A stretch of DNA of 64,000 bases from a virus (IMGVR_UViG_3300014205_000187:32001-96000), one strand, 5' to 3'; positions 29,101 through 37,975 are shown, numbered from the stretch's first letter. The notes: generated by a model from the letters alone, not told the origin. Numbers and translations: made by a program.

Positions 29101-29341
29101 CTTCTGGTCTACCGGCACGACAAACGGCTCGAAGATTCTTGGTCTCCGCAAGGGTGCCGAGTGGTCTGATACGCCGTACATCTGGGCACCATACACCGAC
29201 TATGTGACTCCGATGCTTACTGACCCGGCTGACTTCAGCCAGAAGCAGGGCATCATCAGCAGAGCCGCAAAGAAGGTCGTGGTCGCAGACGCGATGGGGA
29301 CCATCACCGTCAACAGCGGCGTGGGCGAGCTTGTCAGCTAA
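26177..29341 (+). CDS. Head polyprotein: DUF6582-like domain + prohead protease (gp21-like) + scaffold + major capsid protein (gp23-like)
   Basis: YGDVKFADP..KYPID; N..GQVYP, GKLEHP, MSTRGYG; FPLVRRVFP, QPLDRPEGKIF, KLGASWSLEEMQDLRAYHGLDA, WAPY. Confidence 0.9.
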   Translation: MARLLAKPKSRLLVTQVAKRKDVSPDTGEKKYGDVKFADPTNSKYPIDTKEHAKAAWSYINKSKNAAKYSASDLKGIKSRIKTACKKFGVEISADEQAVFEHDPMMEVTQSHYYIDGSYEDHCSKISAAFKQWRRMEEYWDYRWANILGITDTSIYFYTTDWDSTEPEYFEIGYSVEGSKVVINGEVQRVDVKLMVDTLAVPDDDDESSIQGDDTQTGEEQKPMETKQDTVPDESAITDAAVAAPAQIGSPAPSGTGKKTDAETKGSSVEDPAADANSNKPADHSDGEGASEEAADGSSKTAVKEALDTTAPGYKGEPAGTDGTPEPYAGQSDKREAQQGVPYDQAGQSMCYIQKVEKTTGADGKTLMKMQGIATRGDIVNKVGQVYPLSVWEKNLPEMNKQAANGKFIGKLEHPEMEQGLVDTAIKFDRFYLQGSDVWFEATVVPTEPHGKNLQALLEAGVQVDMSTRGYGTFAMQDWRGTERPVMQDDFVCTAIDAVWHGASSGSGVKSTSYQSDPNLEKGEQKPVETKDTTTQSDVQVKAAAIRASAELKQTRAALLGDAGLNELGMKAYQTALDKCDSLENLIVTSETLLPHLQATFPAATGDAQEVTQSATYSPTFFKKQNQEEAAPQNVGELLDRMVADLPDHYEGQAVNPNLPSHFSSPRAACKRLMVNIAREQQGSFSGRNAALGLLALEQGKIDRAQDILLQSLATGATIADGNADGGGAPLSNYLIFPLVRRVFPMYIMGMIASIQPLDRPEGKIFFLDQYRVDGSANETRIDLNTSSNPFNSSFADNATEGSAAMQMRLRLTSALVQAHTKKLGASWSLEEMQDLRAYHGLDAAQELLGGVAREMALEWNKEVLDDMLAQATASALTFGTTIPATGFTQQKDWDEYLWVYLNKLDSAIFSKRNGAMTHIIAGVDAALAMSKSMRGVFTFNANDDGVDGEIYPGTTFYGTVSIPGAGKYKVLRTNFWSTGTTNGSKILGLRKGAEWSDTPYIWAPYTDYVTPMLTDPADFSQKQGIISRAAKKVVVADAMGTITVNSGVGELVS

Positions 29342-29361
29342 TCCTCGCGGGTCATATCGCT

Positions 29362-29402
29362 AAAGAAAAAGGCTCCCTGGAAACAGGGGGTCTTTTCTTT
29401 TT
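29362..29402 (+). terminator. Rho-independent terminator after the capsid gene
   Basis: ggctccctg gaaa cagggggtc followed by a T tract. Confidence 0.85.
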
Positions 29403-29424
29403 CATTTATGCTATAATGAGAGCT

Positions 29425-29628
29425 ATGAACAGGTATGTATTCAATTCGGGCAACGCTCCTATCCAGTTTGCTGGTCGCTCAATTCCTGCCAGAAATTATT
29501 CAACCTTAACTGCTGAAGAAGAGCAAAGATTTCGAGCAGGTTTAGTTGAAGTAGCCATCGAAGGTGACGAGCAATTCCCGGACCTGTGGGTACGGAATAC
29601 CCCAGAAAGAATACCCAATCCATTATAA
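29425..29628 (+). CDS. Small hypothetical protein (probably leaderless)
   Basis: TGcTATAAT at 29409-29417, with ATG 7 nt downstream. Confidence 0.6.
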   Translation: MNRYVFNSGNAPIQFAGRSIPARNYSTLTAEEEQRFRAGLVEVAIEGDEQFPDLWVRNTPERIPNPL

Positions 29629-29641
29629 GGAGTTTACGAAC

Positions 29642-30007
29642 ATGGCAACTGTAGGTACTAATTTCCAAGACGCAATTAGAGACATAACCAAGTGGATAGC
29701 TGCGGCTACTTCCAAGGTTATCGAACTCACAAAAGCGGGTTCAACAGATGAGGCAGCTTTGCTGTTGGCAGACATCAACGAAGTCGAAACGACTTACTTG
29801 AACGTCATCAACAGTTTCCTGCCTACCAAACCCATTGAGCCTGTGCCTTCCCTTTGGAACCTTGGGAAGTTTGTCACTTGGCTGGCAAGGAACATTTCCT
29901 GGCTGAATGTCCTGGTGGTGTTGACATCAGATGTCAATCCATTCGATGAAGCCAAGGCTCTGGCTCGGGCTGTTGCAACAAAATGGGGCTTTGCTGTCCC
30001 GAAATAA
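29642..30007 (+). CDS. Hypothetical protein
   Basis: AAGGAG SD. Confidence 0.65.
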   Translation: MATVGTNFQDAIRDITKWIAAATSKVIELTKAGSTDEAALLLADINEVETTYLNVINSFLPTKPIEPVPSLWNLGKFVTWLARNISWLNVLVVLTSDVNPFDEAKALARAVATKWGFAVPK

Positions 30008-30050
30008 TCTTATCTGGGGTATTCCACTATCAAAATATAAGGAGGTCACT

Positions 30051-30959
30051 ATGCGTTATTGGATGCTCGTAATACTCTTGTGTTTTGCTATGCCTGCAAT
30101 AGGAACACTTGATAAATTGCCTAAGTCGCATGATGCTCATGTAGCTGTAATCACCAAAGAAAAAAGTCGTGTGCCTGAAGAGCCTGATTGGTCTACCAGA
30201 TCGGGCACAATCAAATACGCTCTTACTCAAAAAGACAATACCAGGCTGACCCTGGACGCTGTGACAGTTTCAAGTATCTACAAAGAGCCTCAAAGCTATT
30301 TTGTGATTCGAGACTGGTATATAAATAGTCCTCCTATAATTGTTAATCTGACTGCGCCTGTCAAACTTTTACCTGGACAAACCATCGACATTACAGGCAC
30401 CCTTAAAACACTGTCTGATGGACGAAAGATACTTGAGTACCCAACTATCTTAGGTTATACAGATCGAAAAGGTGTTCTATTAACTCATGGTGGGCCTTTA
30501 ACAAAAGGCACATGGGCTATGACTCCTTGGCCGTATAAACAGCAATTAGCTTCTGTAAGCGTTCCAAAAATACCAGTAAGTAGTGGAGTGGCCGCTTACA
30601 GAGCCCCAGAAACCCTAAAAACAGCCACCATGCCTATCGAAGATATAAAAACGTATGATACTGTGGCAGAATTACTTAAAGCTGCACCACCTGAAGGTCA
30701 ATGGATTCGATTAAGAAATAGAGGAGTATACACTTCAGCCTCCGATGATTTAGGTCATTATGTAGTCGCTACCGATGAAAAAGAAGATGACAAAATGATC
30801 TTGATCTACACCACTACAAAACCTAAATCCAAAATGTCAAAACTGGCCCGTGTCATAGGAAAGATTCATCTCATAAAGGATATACGAGTAATCGTTACAG
30901 ACACCGGACCGAGTTTTGATGCTCAATTAGGAACCGGCTCAGTATGGGTCATAGACTAA
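30051..30959 (+). CDS. Secreted protein with tandem OB-fold-like repeats
   Basis: Signal peptide MRYWMLVILLCFAMPA; PGQTIDITGTL; AAGGAGG SD. Confidence 0.6.
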   Translation: MRYWMLVILLCFAMPAIGTLDKLPKSHDAHVAVITKEKSRVPEEPDWSTRSGTIKYALTQKDNTRLTLDAVTVSSIYKEPQSYFVIRDWYINSPPIIVNLTAPVKLLPGQTIDITGTLKTLSDGRKILEYPTILGYTDRKGVLLTHGGPLTKGTWAMTPWPYKQQLASVSVPKIPVSSGVAAYRAPETLKTATMPIEDIKTYDTVAELLKAAPPEGQWIRLRNRGVYTSASDDLGHYVVATDEKEDDKMILIYTTTKPKSKMSKLARVIGKIHLIKDIRVIVTDTGPSFDAQLGTGSVWVID

Positions 30960-30969
30960 GGAGGCTTTC

Positions 30970-32091
30970 ATGCGAAGATTAACATATCTACTACTCCCTT
31001 TACTTATTCTGTGTAGTCTGGCTTCTTATGCACAGTTTGAGTCTCCTCCTGGTGGAGGTGGAGACCCGTTTCCAAATACTCCTCCTGAAACACATTCAAT
31101 AAATTGGGCGAAGACAATAGCCGATGGCACAGCTTTACCCGATACTGTTTCAGATAAAGTTGTCACGCGCACATATCCAGGTTGGAGTTATTTTTATATA
31201 TCTGAACCTGGCAGAAGTAGTGGTATTCGCGTTGAATCCCCCGCATGTCCTGACCCTGGAGACACGATAACTATTGTCTCGGGCACAATGGCTTCTGCTG
31301 GGGATGAACGCTATATTGCTTCAGCTTCTTATACCATCACTTCTCATAATACGTTTCTCAAACCTCTTGGGATGACCAATAAAACATTCGGAGGGGGAGA
31401 CTTTTTATACGACCCAGGCCCTCCTATAACTGGTCAAAAAGGTTTCTGGGATGGCTCTGGTCTAAATAACACAGGCAACCTTGTCAGAGTATACGGCAGA
31501 GTCACCGAGATAGATGCCCGTCCAATTCCTCTTTACTGCTTCATTGATGATGGCTCCGGCGTAGACATGGCTATAGACCTGGAAGTATCTCCAGGGCAAG
31601 CTATTCCTTTCACTTATCAAGTTGGAGATTATATCGCTGGAATAAATGGTATAAGCTCTATCATCACTGTAGATGATTGGATGGTTAGAACCTTAAAACC
31701 TTCAGCTCCTACTGTGGTTTTAGCCAAAAATGTAGGACAAGCAGACCCCGCACATAAAAAACCAATTAAGTTTACAGCCAATTTCAGTGAACCTGTTACA
31801 GGTTTCACTAATACCGATGTACATTTATCTGGAACAGCGCAACCAACATCATGCACTGTAACAGACAATGGAGATCACAAAACTTACATAATCGAAGTAT
31901 CTATTGCCAAACAAAATGGCACAGTAGTTATTCAGGTTCTTTATGGAGCTGCCACAGGAGTAGACAATAATCTAAGTTTGGCTGCTCCAATGAACAGTTC
32001 GCTTACCTATCAGGGTTACATTCCTTTTCGTGTTATCAATAAAAGATTAGGCGTAGGGACAGGTAGATACCAACGAAAACCGCTAAAATAG
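30970..32091 (+). CDS. Secreted OB-fold + Ig-like domain protein
   Basis: Signal peptide; FYISEPGRSSGIRV, KPLGMTNK, GLNNTGNLVRVYGRV, FIDDGSG; Ig-like FSEPVTGF. Confidence 0.65.
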   Translation: MRRLTYLLLPLLILCSLASYAQFESPPGGGGDPFPNTPPETHSINWAKTIADGTALPDTVSDKVVTRTYPGWSYFYISEPGRSSGIRVESPACPDPGDTITIVSGTMASAGDERYIASASYTITSHNTFLKPLGMTNKTFGGGDFLYDPGPPITGQKGFWDGSGLNNTGNLVRVYGRVTEIDARPIPLYCFIDDGSGVDMAIDLEVSPGQAIPFTYQVGDYIAGINGISSIITVDDWMVRTLKPSAPTVVLAKNVGQADPAHKKPIKFTANFSEPVTGFTNTDVHLSGTAQPTSCTVTDNGDHKTYIIEVSIAKQNGTVVIQVLYGAATGVDNNLSLAAPMNSSLTYQGYIPFRVINKRLGVGTGRYQRKPLK

Positions 32092-32109
32092 ACTGAGAGG
32101 TAATAACTG

Positions 32110-33198
32110 ATGACTTCTATACAAGGTCAAATATCCTGGCTACCTGGTCTTCTACAAAGCAGTGAAGATGGTTCTGGACTAACAGGGGTGCTTTATAATG
32201 CGTCAGGTCTTGTAATTACATACCAAAAATTAGACGGCCCGGTAGTAACCAAAACTTTAACGGCTGAGGATTGGGTTGAAGGTATTGACGGTTCGTATAG
32301 TATTAAGTTTTCAGCAGCAGAACTTGATACTTTAGGGCTTTTTAGCTATTGGATGGAATATCCCACCTCAACTACATACCCAGGAGCCGTTACAGTTATC
32401 GTTCCTATCCCTACGGATGTGGCAACAGAAACCGCTCTTGATGCCGTAAAAACAGTCGTAGACGCTCTTCCGACTGATGTAGCCTCATCTGGGTCTGTAG
32501 CTGCTGTAAAAGCTGTTGTAGATGCACTCCCAACTGATGTAGCCACAGGAACCGCTTTATCTTCAGTAGGCAATACTGTAAACGATATAAAAACGGCTGT
32601 GGACGCTCTGCCAACAGAAGTAACCGTAAACCCAACACCTGTAAATGTGAATGCCGGAGCCGGTTTTTCCATGAACGCTACTCAGCGACAAATCACATGG
32701 CTCCCTGTTCGATTGACAAAAAGCGCAGACAATACCGGATTAACAGGTATCACTTTCGATTCTATAACTGTGACCTATCAAAAATCTGGTGGGGCAATAA
32801 CTACAAAAATCATCGCTGTTACAGACTGGTCAGAAGGCACCGATGGTTCTTATAGTATTCGGTTTACATCTGATGAACTTGACACCCGAGGACTTTTCCA
32901 ATACTGGGTCGCTCAAGCAGCGGCTCCCACGTACGCGGGTGTGGCTCAAGTAACCGAAGCCAATTCTGGTCCAGGATTTACAGAGCGCACAGCTCGAATA
33001 CTCATCAACAATCAGCCTATCGAAGGTGCTGAAGTCTGGATTACCACAGATGCAGCCGGACTTGATATAATTGCTGGAGTCAAACGAACCAATGTCTTAG
33101 GCATCGTGGCATTCAATCTGGATGCCGGTACATACTGGATTTGGTGGCGCAAAGCTAGAGTCCTTCAAGACAACAAACAAGCATGGACGGTAGCATAA
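32110..33198 (+). CDS. Virion structural/decoration protein with a duplicated domain
   Basis: Two ~95-aa copies (GLTG..TYQK..DW.EG.DGSYSI.F...ELDT.GLF.YW) joined by VDALPTDVA repeats. Confidence 0.6.
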   Translation: MTSIQGQISWLPGLLQSSEDGSGLTGVLYNASGLVITYQKLDGPVVTKTLTAEDWVEGIDGSYSIKFSAAELDTLGLFSYWMEYPTSTTYPGAVTVIVPIPTDVATETALDAVKTVVDALPTDVASSGSVAAVKAVVDALPTDVATGTALSSVGNTVNDIKTAVDALPTEVTVNPTPVNVNAGAGFSMNATQRQITWLPVRLTKSADNTGLTGITFDSITVTYQKSGGAITTKIIAVTDWSEGTDGSYSIRFTSDELDTRGLFQYWVAQAAAPTYAGVAQVTEANSGPGFTERTARILINNQPIEGAEVWITTDAAGLDIIAGVKRTNVLGIVAFNLDAGTYWIWWRKARVLQDNKQAWTVA

Positions 33199-33199
33199 A

Positions 33200-33979
33200 A
33201 TGACAGACTTAGATATTAACGGTCAATCAGTAGCAACGACCGGCGTAACAATCGCAGATGTAAAAGAAGAGTTGGAACGCCGTAAGTTTCCTTCTATTCT
33301 GACAACTGATGATTATGTCGGAATCCTTAATGCTGCCCTACGAGAATTGAATAGGTATTCACCTATGTCAAAGTTCGTAGGATTTACGACTGTAACGAAC
33401 ATTCAGGACTATTACATATTTGACCCCGCCAATGCAACTACTTTAGGAGTGGCTGCCGGAGCTTTAGACGTTGTTGATGTATGGTGGTCTCCAGGAGGAG
33501 ACTGGTCGAGTTTGAACATCTATTCTCCAGGCTGGATAATGTTGGCTCAAATGGTGGTATTCACAGGTTCATTCTTCCATCAACCGAGTCAAATGATGAC
33601 GTTGAGACAAAAACTCGACAGTTGGAAAACACAGTTTGGCTCTCAAGGTTTCGATGTCATTGGCCCTGTAGGAGCTGCCACATCGATTCTTAGACTATAC
33701 CCTGTGCCAAAATCTGAAGCCAATGTCATTGTAGAATGCAGAATGCCATATACCCTGGTCGATATAATAGACAGCGTAAACGACATCTTTATGCAGTGGG
33801 TTGAGTACTACACGTCCGATGCTTTGGCTAATCTATACGCTACAACAGCAGGAGTAGACTTGCTCAACTTTGCTGACAGTAAAGAAGCCATGAAATACTG
33901 GGAAGGTAAAGCTCAACGATACTATACTCGTGCTTTGAACTCTCAAGCAGGTATGCAGGGTCAGGTAATGCGAGGATAA
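33200..33979 (+). CDS. Head-tail adaptor/neck protein
   Basis: Position; ALRELNRYSP, LRLYPVP. Confidence 0.6.
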   Translation: MTDLDINGQSVATTGVTIADVKEELERRKFPSILTTDDYVGILNAALRELNRYSPMSKFVGFTTVTNIQDYYIFDPANATTLGVAAGALDVVDVWWSPGGDWSSLNIYSPGWIMLAQMVVFTGSFFHQPSQMMTLRQKLDSWKTQFGSQGFDVIGPVGAATSILRLYPVPKSEANVIVECRMPYTLVDIIDSVNDIFMQWVEYYTSDALANLYATTAGVDLLNFADSKEAMKYWEGKAQRYYTRALNSQAGMQGQVMRG

Positions 33980-33980
33980 T

Positions 33981-34439
33981 ATGCAGCCAGGCAGCAAAGA
34001 AGCCATATTTAGAGCCAGAGTGCTTGAAATACTTGGGGCACTTGCTTTACAGTGGCCGTCTCTTTCGGTCACTGTTGATTTGTGGCGTCCAATGGTAATA
34101 AGCCATACGGCTGACGAGTATTCTGATGCCACGGTTGAACGCTGGATTCGTCTCGGAGAGTCTGTTCCAGCGTTCTTTGTTGAAAGTCAAGAACGCTGGT
34201 TTGAAAAAGATGTCGGTATTATCCGAGAAAATCAAAATTGGGTTATTATACCTGGTGGTTATGAGTTAGAGCCGGACGACCATATAATCTTAAAAGGACG
34301 CCCTTGGATGGTTATTAAAGCAGCCGAACAAGCAGGTATATCTAAAATACAGGTAGACTTGCAAAAAAGTAGATTTGTGGCTCCGGCCAGAACTGAAGCT
34401 GTAAATCGTTTACTCGGAATAAAGGTATTGATCGCATAA
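33981..34439 (+). CDS. Head closure (stopper) protein
   Basis: Position, size, ELEPDDHII..G..W. Confidence 0.5.
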   Translation: MQPGSKEAIFRARVLEILGALALQWPSLSVTVDLWRPMVISHTADEYSDATVERWIRLGESVPAFFVESQERWFEKDVGIIRENQNWVIIPGGYELEPDDHIILKGRPWMVIKAAEQAGISKIQVDLQKSRFVAPARTEAVNRLLGIKVLIA

Positions 34440-34933
34440 TGCCCGGCGCACAAGTCCGAATCAATGTCAAATGGAATAAACTTTCAATGGCTCATGTGCT
34501 TCAGCAAATCGAAGAAGGGGCTGTTGCTACTCTTGCTCAGGTTAGACCAGAAGTTGAAGAGATAATTAAAAAGTCATTTGGTACGGAGTATTATACGCTT
34601 AAACAATTGGCTCAAATGGGGTATCCTTATTCGGATAGACATGGAACTGGACGCCCTGGAGGTCTTCCTGCTGGCGTAGTTAATAGACACAAAGGCGAGT
34701 TTTATCAAGGATTCAAAATCAGATTAACCAAGACCGAAAAACGAGTAGGTCTTTATGTCACCTTGGAAGGTGGTAGAGCTGAAGAACTTGGAGAAAAGCT
34801 CTTACACGGAGACCCAGAGCATCACATGATGGGTAGACCGTGGGATACTCATTTACGAAAACAGCTTGGAACCTTGCGTCCTGTCATAGAACAACTGGCA
34901 GGAAAATATCTAAGAATACGAGTTAAAATCTGA
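34439..34933 (+). CDS. Tail completion (HK97 gp10-like) protein
   Basis: Position; G...MMGRPW motif. Confidence 0.5.
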   Translation: MPGAQVRINVKWNKLSMAHVLQQIEEGAVATLAQVRPEVEEIIKKSFGTEYYTLKQLAQMGYPYSDRHGTGRPGGLPAGVVNRHKGEFYQGFKIRLTKTEKRVGLYVTLEGGRAEELGEKLLHGDPEHHMMGRPWDTHLRKQLGTLRPVIEQLAGKYLRIRVKI

Positions 34934-36111
34934 TGGCTAATATAGTTGCGGCTAAAACAGGAAATTGGTCAGACCCTACCGTGTGGGTAGGAGGCGTACT
35001 GCCTGGAGCCAATGATATTGCTATAACCGATAATTATACAATCACAATAGATCAAAATGTCACATGCACAAAGTTAAGCAATGAGGCTGTTAGTGGTCAT
35101 GGTTCTGGACATTATGAGCTTGTAGGCACTATGGATTGTGTAATAAACGCCATTATTGAAAGTTATCCTGCGGCTGGAGTATGTTTACAGATTTACAGTG
35201 CCGGTCTTACGACTATCAATGGAAATTGTCTTAATCAAGCCGTTCGGGTAAATGCTGCTTTGGCTGTTGTAGTAGTTAATGGTAATGTTATTGGTGGTAT
35301 AAATCTCAGACATTATGGCATATCCGCTACACAAGGCCAACTTACTGTAAATGGGTATGCTAAAGGAGGTACAGGTCTTGAGGCTGTAGGAGTCTACAAT
35401 TTAACAAGTAAAGTTTATGTAGAACGTGCTATAGGAAATGATTATGGGCCTGGAGGTATCAATTCTTCTGCTGTTGGAGTATCTGGAAATGGAGGAATAA
35501 CAGCCAGTATAGAAACATTCGTTAAGTATCTTCAATGGGGAACCTATGGGATGTGTCCTGTTTCTGGAACTATAAAAATGGTAAGAGATGATACCAACGA
35601 AGCTCTTTTAAGAGACAGCACTGATGGCAGTGAGATAGCTCTTACAGTGGCTTCAACTACACCTGAACCAGAGCCTACACCAACTCCGACTCCTGATACA
35701 TCTGGGTCTAATCTGATAAGCTCGTTCTTTAATTATATCAGAGGTAAAATAGCTCTGGCTTCATGGTTCACAGATCAAGGATTCACGAACCAGACTGTTT
35801 ATCGACAGTTTTTACCCCAAGTCAAAGACCCCAATTTTCCTTGTATCACTTTCGGTTTAGACCCTGAAAAACGAGAAGTTTTTGCTACTATCGATGATAC
35901 TACCCTTTACATCGGAGTGCATACAAAAACATTCACTGCAACCGAGTTTGTGGCTAACAGTATTAAAGACCTGCTCCATAAACACCAGTACTCAGATGAT
36001 AACCTAATTATCTATAAATGTCTGTTTACTGGGGGTTCCCCTATGCCTATGTTTGATAAGGCTCTCAACATCTGGGAAGTTGTCCTGGAGTTTGAGTGCT
36101 CTGTCGGGTGA
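34933..36111 (+). CDS. Tail terminator fused to an N-terminal beta-rich domain
   Basis: GNWSDPTVW N-terminal domain, PEPTPTP linker, ~135-aa C-terminal domain with FPCITF just before the tail tube gene. Confidence 0.55.
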   Translation: MANIVAAKTGNWSDPTVWVGGVLPGANDIAITDNYTITIDQNVTCTKLSNEAVSGHGSGHYELVGTMDCVINAIIESYPAAGVCLQIYSAGLTTINGNCLNQAVRVNAALAVVVVNGNVIGGINLRHYGISATQGQLTVNGYAKGGTGLEAVGVYNLTSKVYVERAIGNDYGPGGINSSAVGVSGNGGITASIETFVKYLQWGTYGMCPVSGTIKMVRDDTNEALLRDSTDGSEIALTVASTTPEPEPTPTPTPDTSGSNLISSFFNYIRGKIALASWFTDQGFTNQTVYRQFLPQVKDPNFPCITFGLDPEKREVFATIDDTTLYIGVHTKTFTATEFVANSIKDLLHKHQYSDDNLIIYKCLFTGGSPMPMFDKALNIWEVVLEFECSVG

Positions 36112-36300
36112 TTATTCTCCCGGATAAATCCGAGAGCTTCTAGGCTTTCACCAAAGACTGTAATCCCAGTCTTAGAATGTTAATTGCGGCGTTGGTGTCT
36201 CTGTCTAAAGACAACCCACAATTAGGACAAAAATGCCACCTCTCTTTAAGAGGTTTTTTAGCTCTAAAACCACAAGCTGAACAATCTTGTGATGTGTAGG
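36088..36300 (-). ncRNA. Predicted TnpB omegaRNA (scaffold + guide CCGACAGAGCACTCAAAC...)
   Basis: TnpB omegaRNAs are known to overlap the tnpB 3' end and right end; the 5' boundary here is a guess. Confidence 0.55.
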
Positions 36301-37289
36301 CTGGGTTCACACTTAGTAATATCCTACCGGCACTTTCAGCCTTGTTAGTTAATACTGAGCGGAATTGAGTCCAACTTGCATCAGAAATCGATTTAGCTAA
36401 ACAACGATTCAAAAGCATATTTTTAGTGTTGAGTTTTTCGACTATCAAAACATCATTTTCATTAACTAACTTTCGAGAAAGTTGATGAACAAAATTATGT
36501 CTACGATTTCTAATTCGTTCATGCACACGAGATATTACTTTTTTTGCTCTGCATCTCTCTTTAGAACCTTTAGGCTGCTTGAAAAGTTTTCTTTGACTTT
36601 TGGCGAGAGCCTTTTCTTCCTTGCGAAAAAATCTTGGATTATCAATAAACACGCCATCAGAGAGTGCAGCAAACTTTTCAAGTCCTACATCTATTCCAAT
36701 AGATTTGCTTGTTAGTGGCAGAATCGCAGGTTCAACCTCACAAACAAAACAGACAAACCATTTGTTATTCTGTCTTCTGATGGTGCAGGTCTTGACAATC
36801 CCGGTAATAGGTCGATGCAGTTTAATCTTAACACTACCAATCTTGGAGAGCTTGATCTTATTCTCAGAAACAGACCAACCAGATTGAGGATAAGTAAAAG
36901 AATCATACCAGTCTCGTCCTTTGAGTCTGGGATACCCAGGATTCTCTCCTGCTTTAACTCGGCGAAAAAATGCTTTGAAAGCAAGATCAACTCGCACGGC
37001 GACATTTTGAAGAACCTGAGAATGAACACTCTGAAGTTTTGTCCATGTTCCTCTAAATATCTGGAGCTTTCGTGCTTGAGCATAATAAGTAAGTCCTTTG
37101 CCCGAAAACTCATAAGTATCTTGTCTATCTGCAAGCATCCAGTTATACACATGACGGCATACATCCAGAGTTTGCTCGAAAGAACTAATCTGAGTCTTAG
37201 TCGGATATAGCCTATATTTTAAGCAAACTGTTTGCATACAAATAGTGTAACAAGTAATTGCTAAAAATGCAAGAAAAGAATAAATCTTT
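36108..37289 (-). mobile_element. Non-autonomous IS200/IS605-family (IS1341-like) element, tnpB only
   Basis: Right-end hairpin ctctcgga-ttta-tccgggag followed by TCAC; no tnpA; left boundary inferred. Confidence 0.8.
36140..37237 (-). CDS. tnpB: RNA-guided endonuclease TnpB
   Basis: KYRLYPT, GIDVGL, IVEKL, CSAC/CPNC, DRDTNAA; start placed at MQTV after TTGCAT-17-TACACT. Confidence 0.95.
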   Translation of the reverse strand: MQTVCLKYRLYPTKTQISSFEQTLDVCRHVYNWMLADRQDTYEFSGKGLTYYAQARKLQIFRGTWTKLQSVHSQVLQNVAVRVDLAFKAFFRRVKAGENPGYPRLKGRDWYDSFTYPQSGWSVSENKIKLSKIGSVKIKLHRPITGIVKTCTIRRQNNKWFVCFVCEVEPAILPLTSKSIGIDVGLEKFAALSDGVFIDNPRFFRKEEKALAKSQRKLFKQPKGSKERCRAKKVISRVHERIRNRRHNFVHQLSRKLVNENDVLIVEKLNTKNMLLNRCLAKSISDASWTQFRSVLTNKAESAGRILLSVNPAYTSQDCSACGFRAKKPLKERWHFCPNCGLSLDRDTNAAINILRLGLQSLVKA

Positions 37290-37375
37290 CTAAGTGGACA
37301 GGTATTCAGGTCTCCAATAATGTAAGCTAGTATCAGGCATACATTCGAGACTTTAACGAAAGGGGACACACGACG

Positions 37376-37975
37376 ATGCCGATTCAAAATAAAAACAACA
37401 TCCACTTGGGTCTCGGCAATCTTGAGTTGGGAGTATACACGAACGATGTATTCTCCACTTATGAAGATGTCGGTGCTATCAAATCCGAACTCAATATCAC
37501 TCACACCAGAGAGGTATTGGACTTCGAGAGTGGTCGTCCTCTGGTAACTATCCTCCAGGAAGTCATTCGAGAAAGAGTCGTCGTCACCGGCACTCTTGCA
37601 GAACTGACAGTGGCATCGCTGAAGATGGCTCTAGGCCAGGGTAACATCACAAGCGGCACCATTCCAACATTCCTTGATGGTTCCAGCACGGCCCTGAGTG
37701 GCACTCTGGCGGCAGGATTGACCGCCGTGGTGAGTGGCAACCTGCTCAAGTTTGGTGGAACTCCCACACACGCTTACGTGGGTCTGCGATTTACTCACGT
37801 CAAAGCAAACGGCAAGAGACACATCTTTGAAGGCTACAAAGCCAGTCCCAACGGAGACCTGGCTCTGCCGTTTAGAGAAGCTGACTGGAACCTATATCAG
37901 GTCAGTTTCCGCTTGCTGGCTGACACAACCAAAGCGGCTGGAGAACAGTATTACCAGTTCCTCATCGAACAGTAA
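37376..37975 (+). CDS. Major tail tube protein
   Basis: IHLGLGNL, DVGAIK, GTLAELT..LKMALG; followed by chaperone and tape measure genes. Confidence 0.8.
   Translation: MPIQNKNNIHLGLGNLELGVYTNDVFSTYEDVGAIKSELNITHTREVLDFESGRPLVTILQEVIRERVVVTGTLAELTVASLKMALGQGNITSGTIPTFLDGSSTALSGTLAAGLTAVVSGNLLKFGGTPTHAYVGLRFTHVKANGKRHIFEGYKASPNGDLALPFREADWNLYQVSFRLLADTTKAAGEQYYQFLIEQ

Noticed and set aside
37238-37504. 89-aa N-terminal extension of TnpB shown in the ORF track
   Set aside because: It overlaps the tail tube gene on the opposite strand; TnpB homology and a promoter point to ATG 37237
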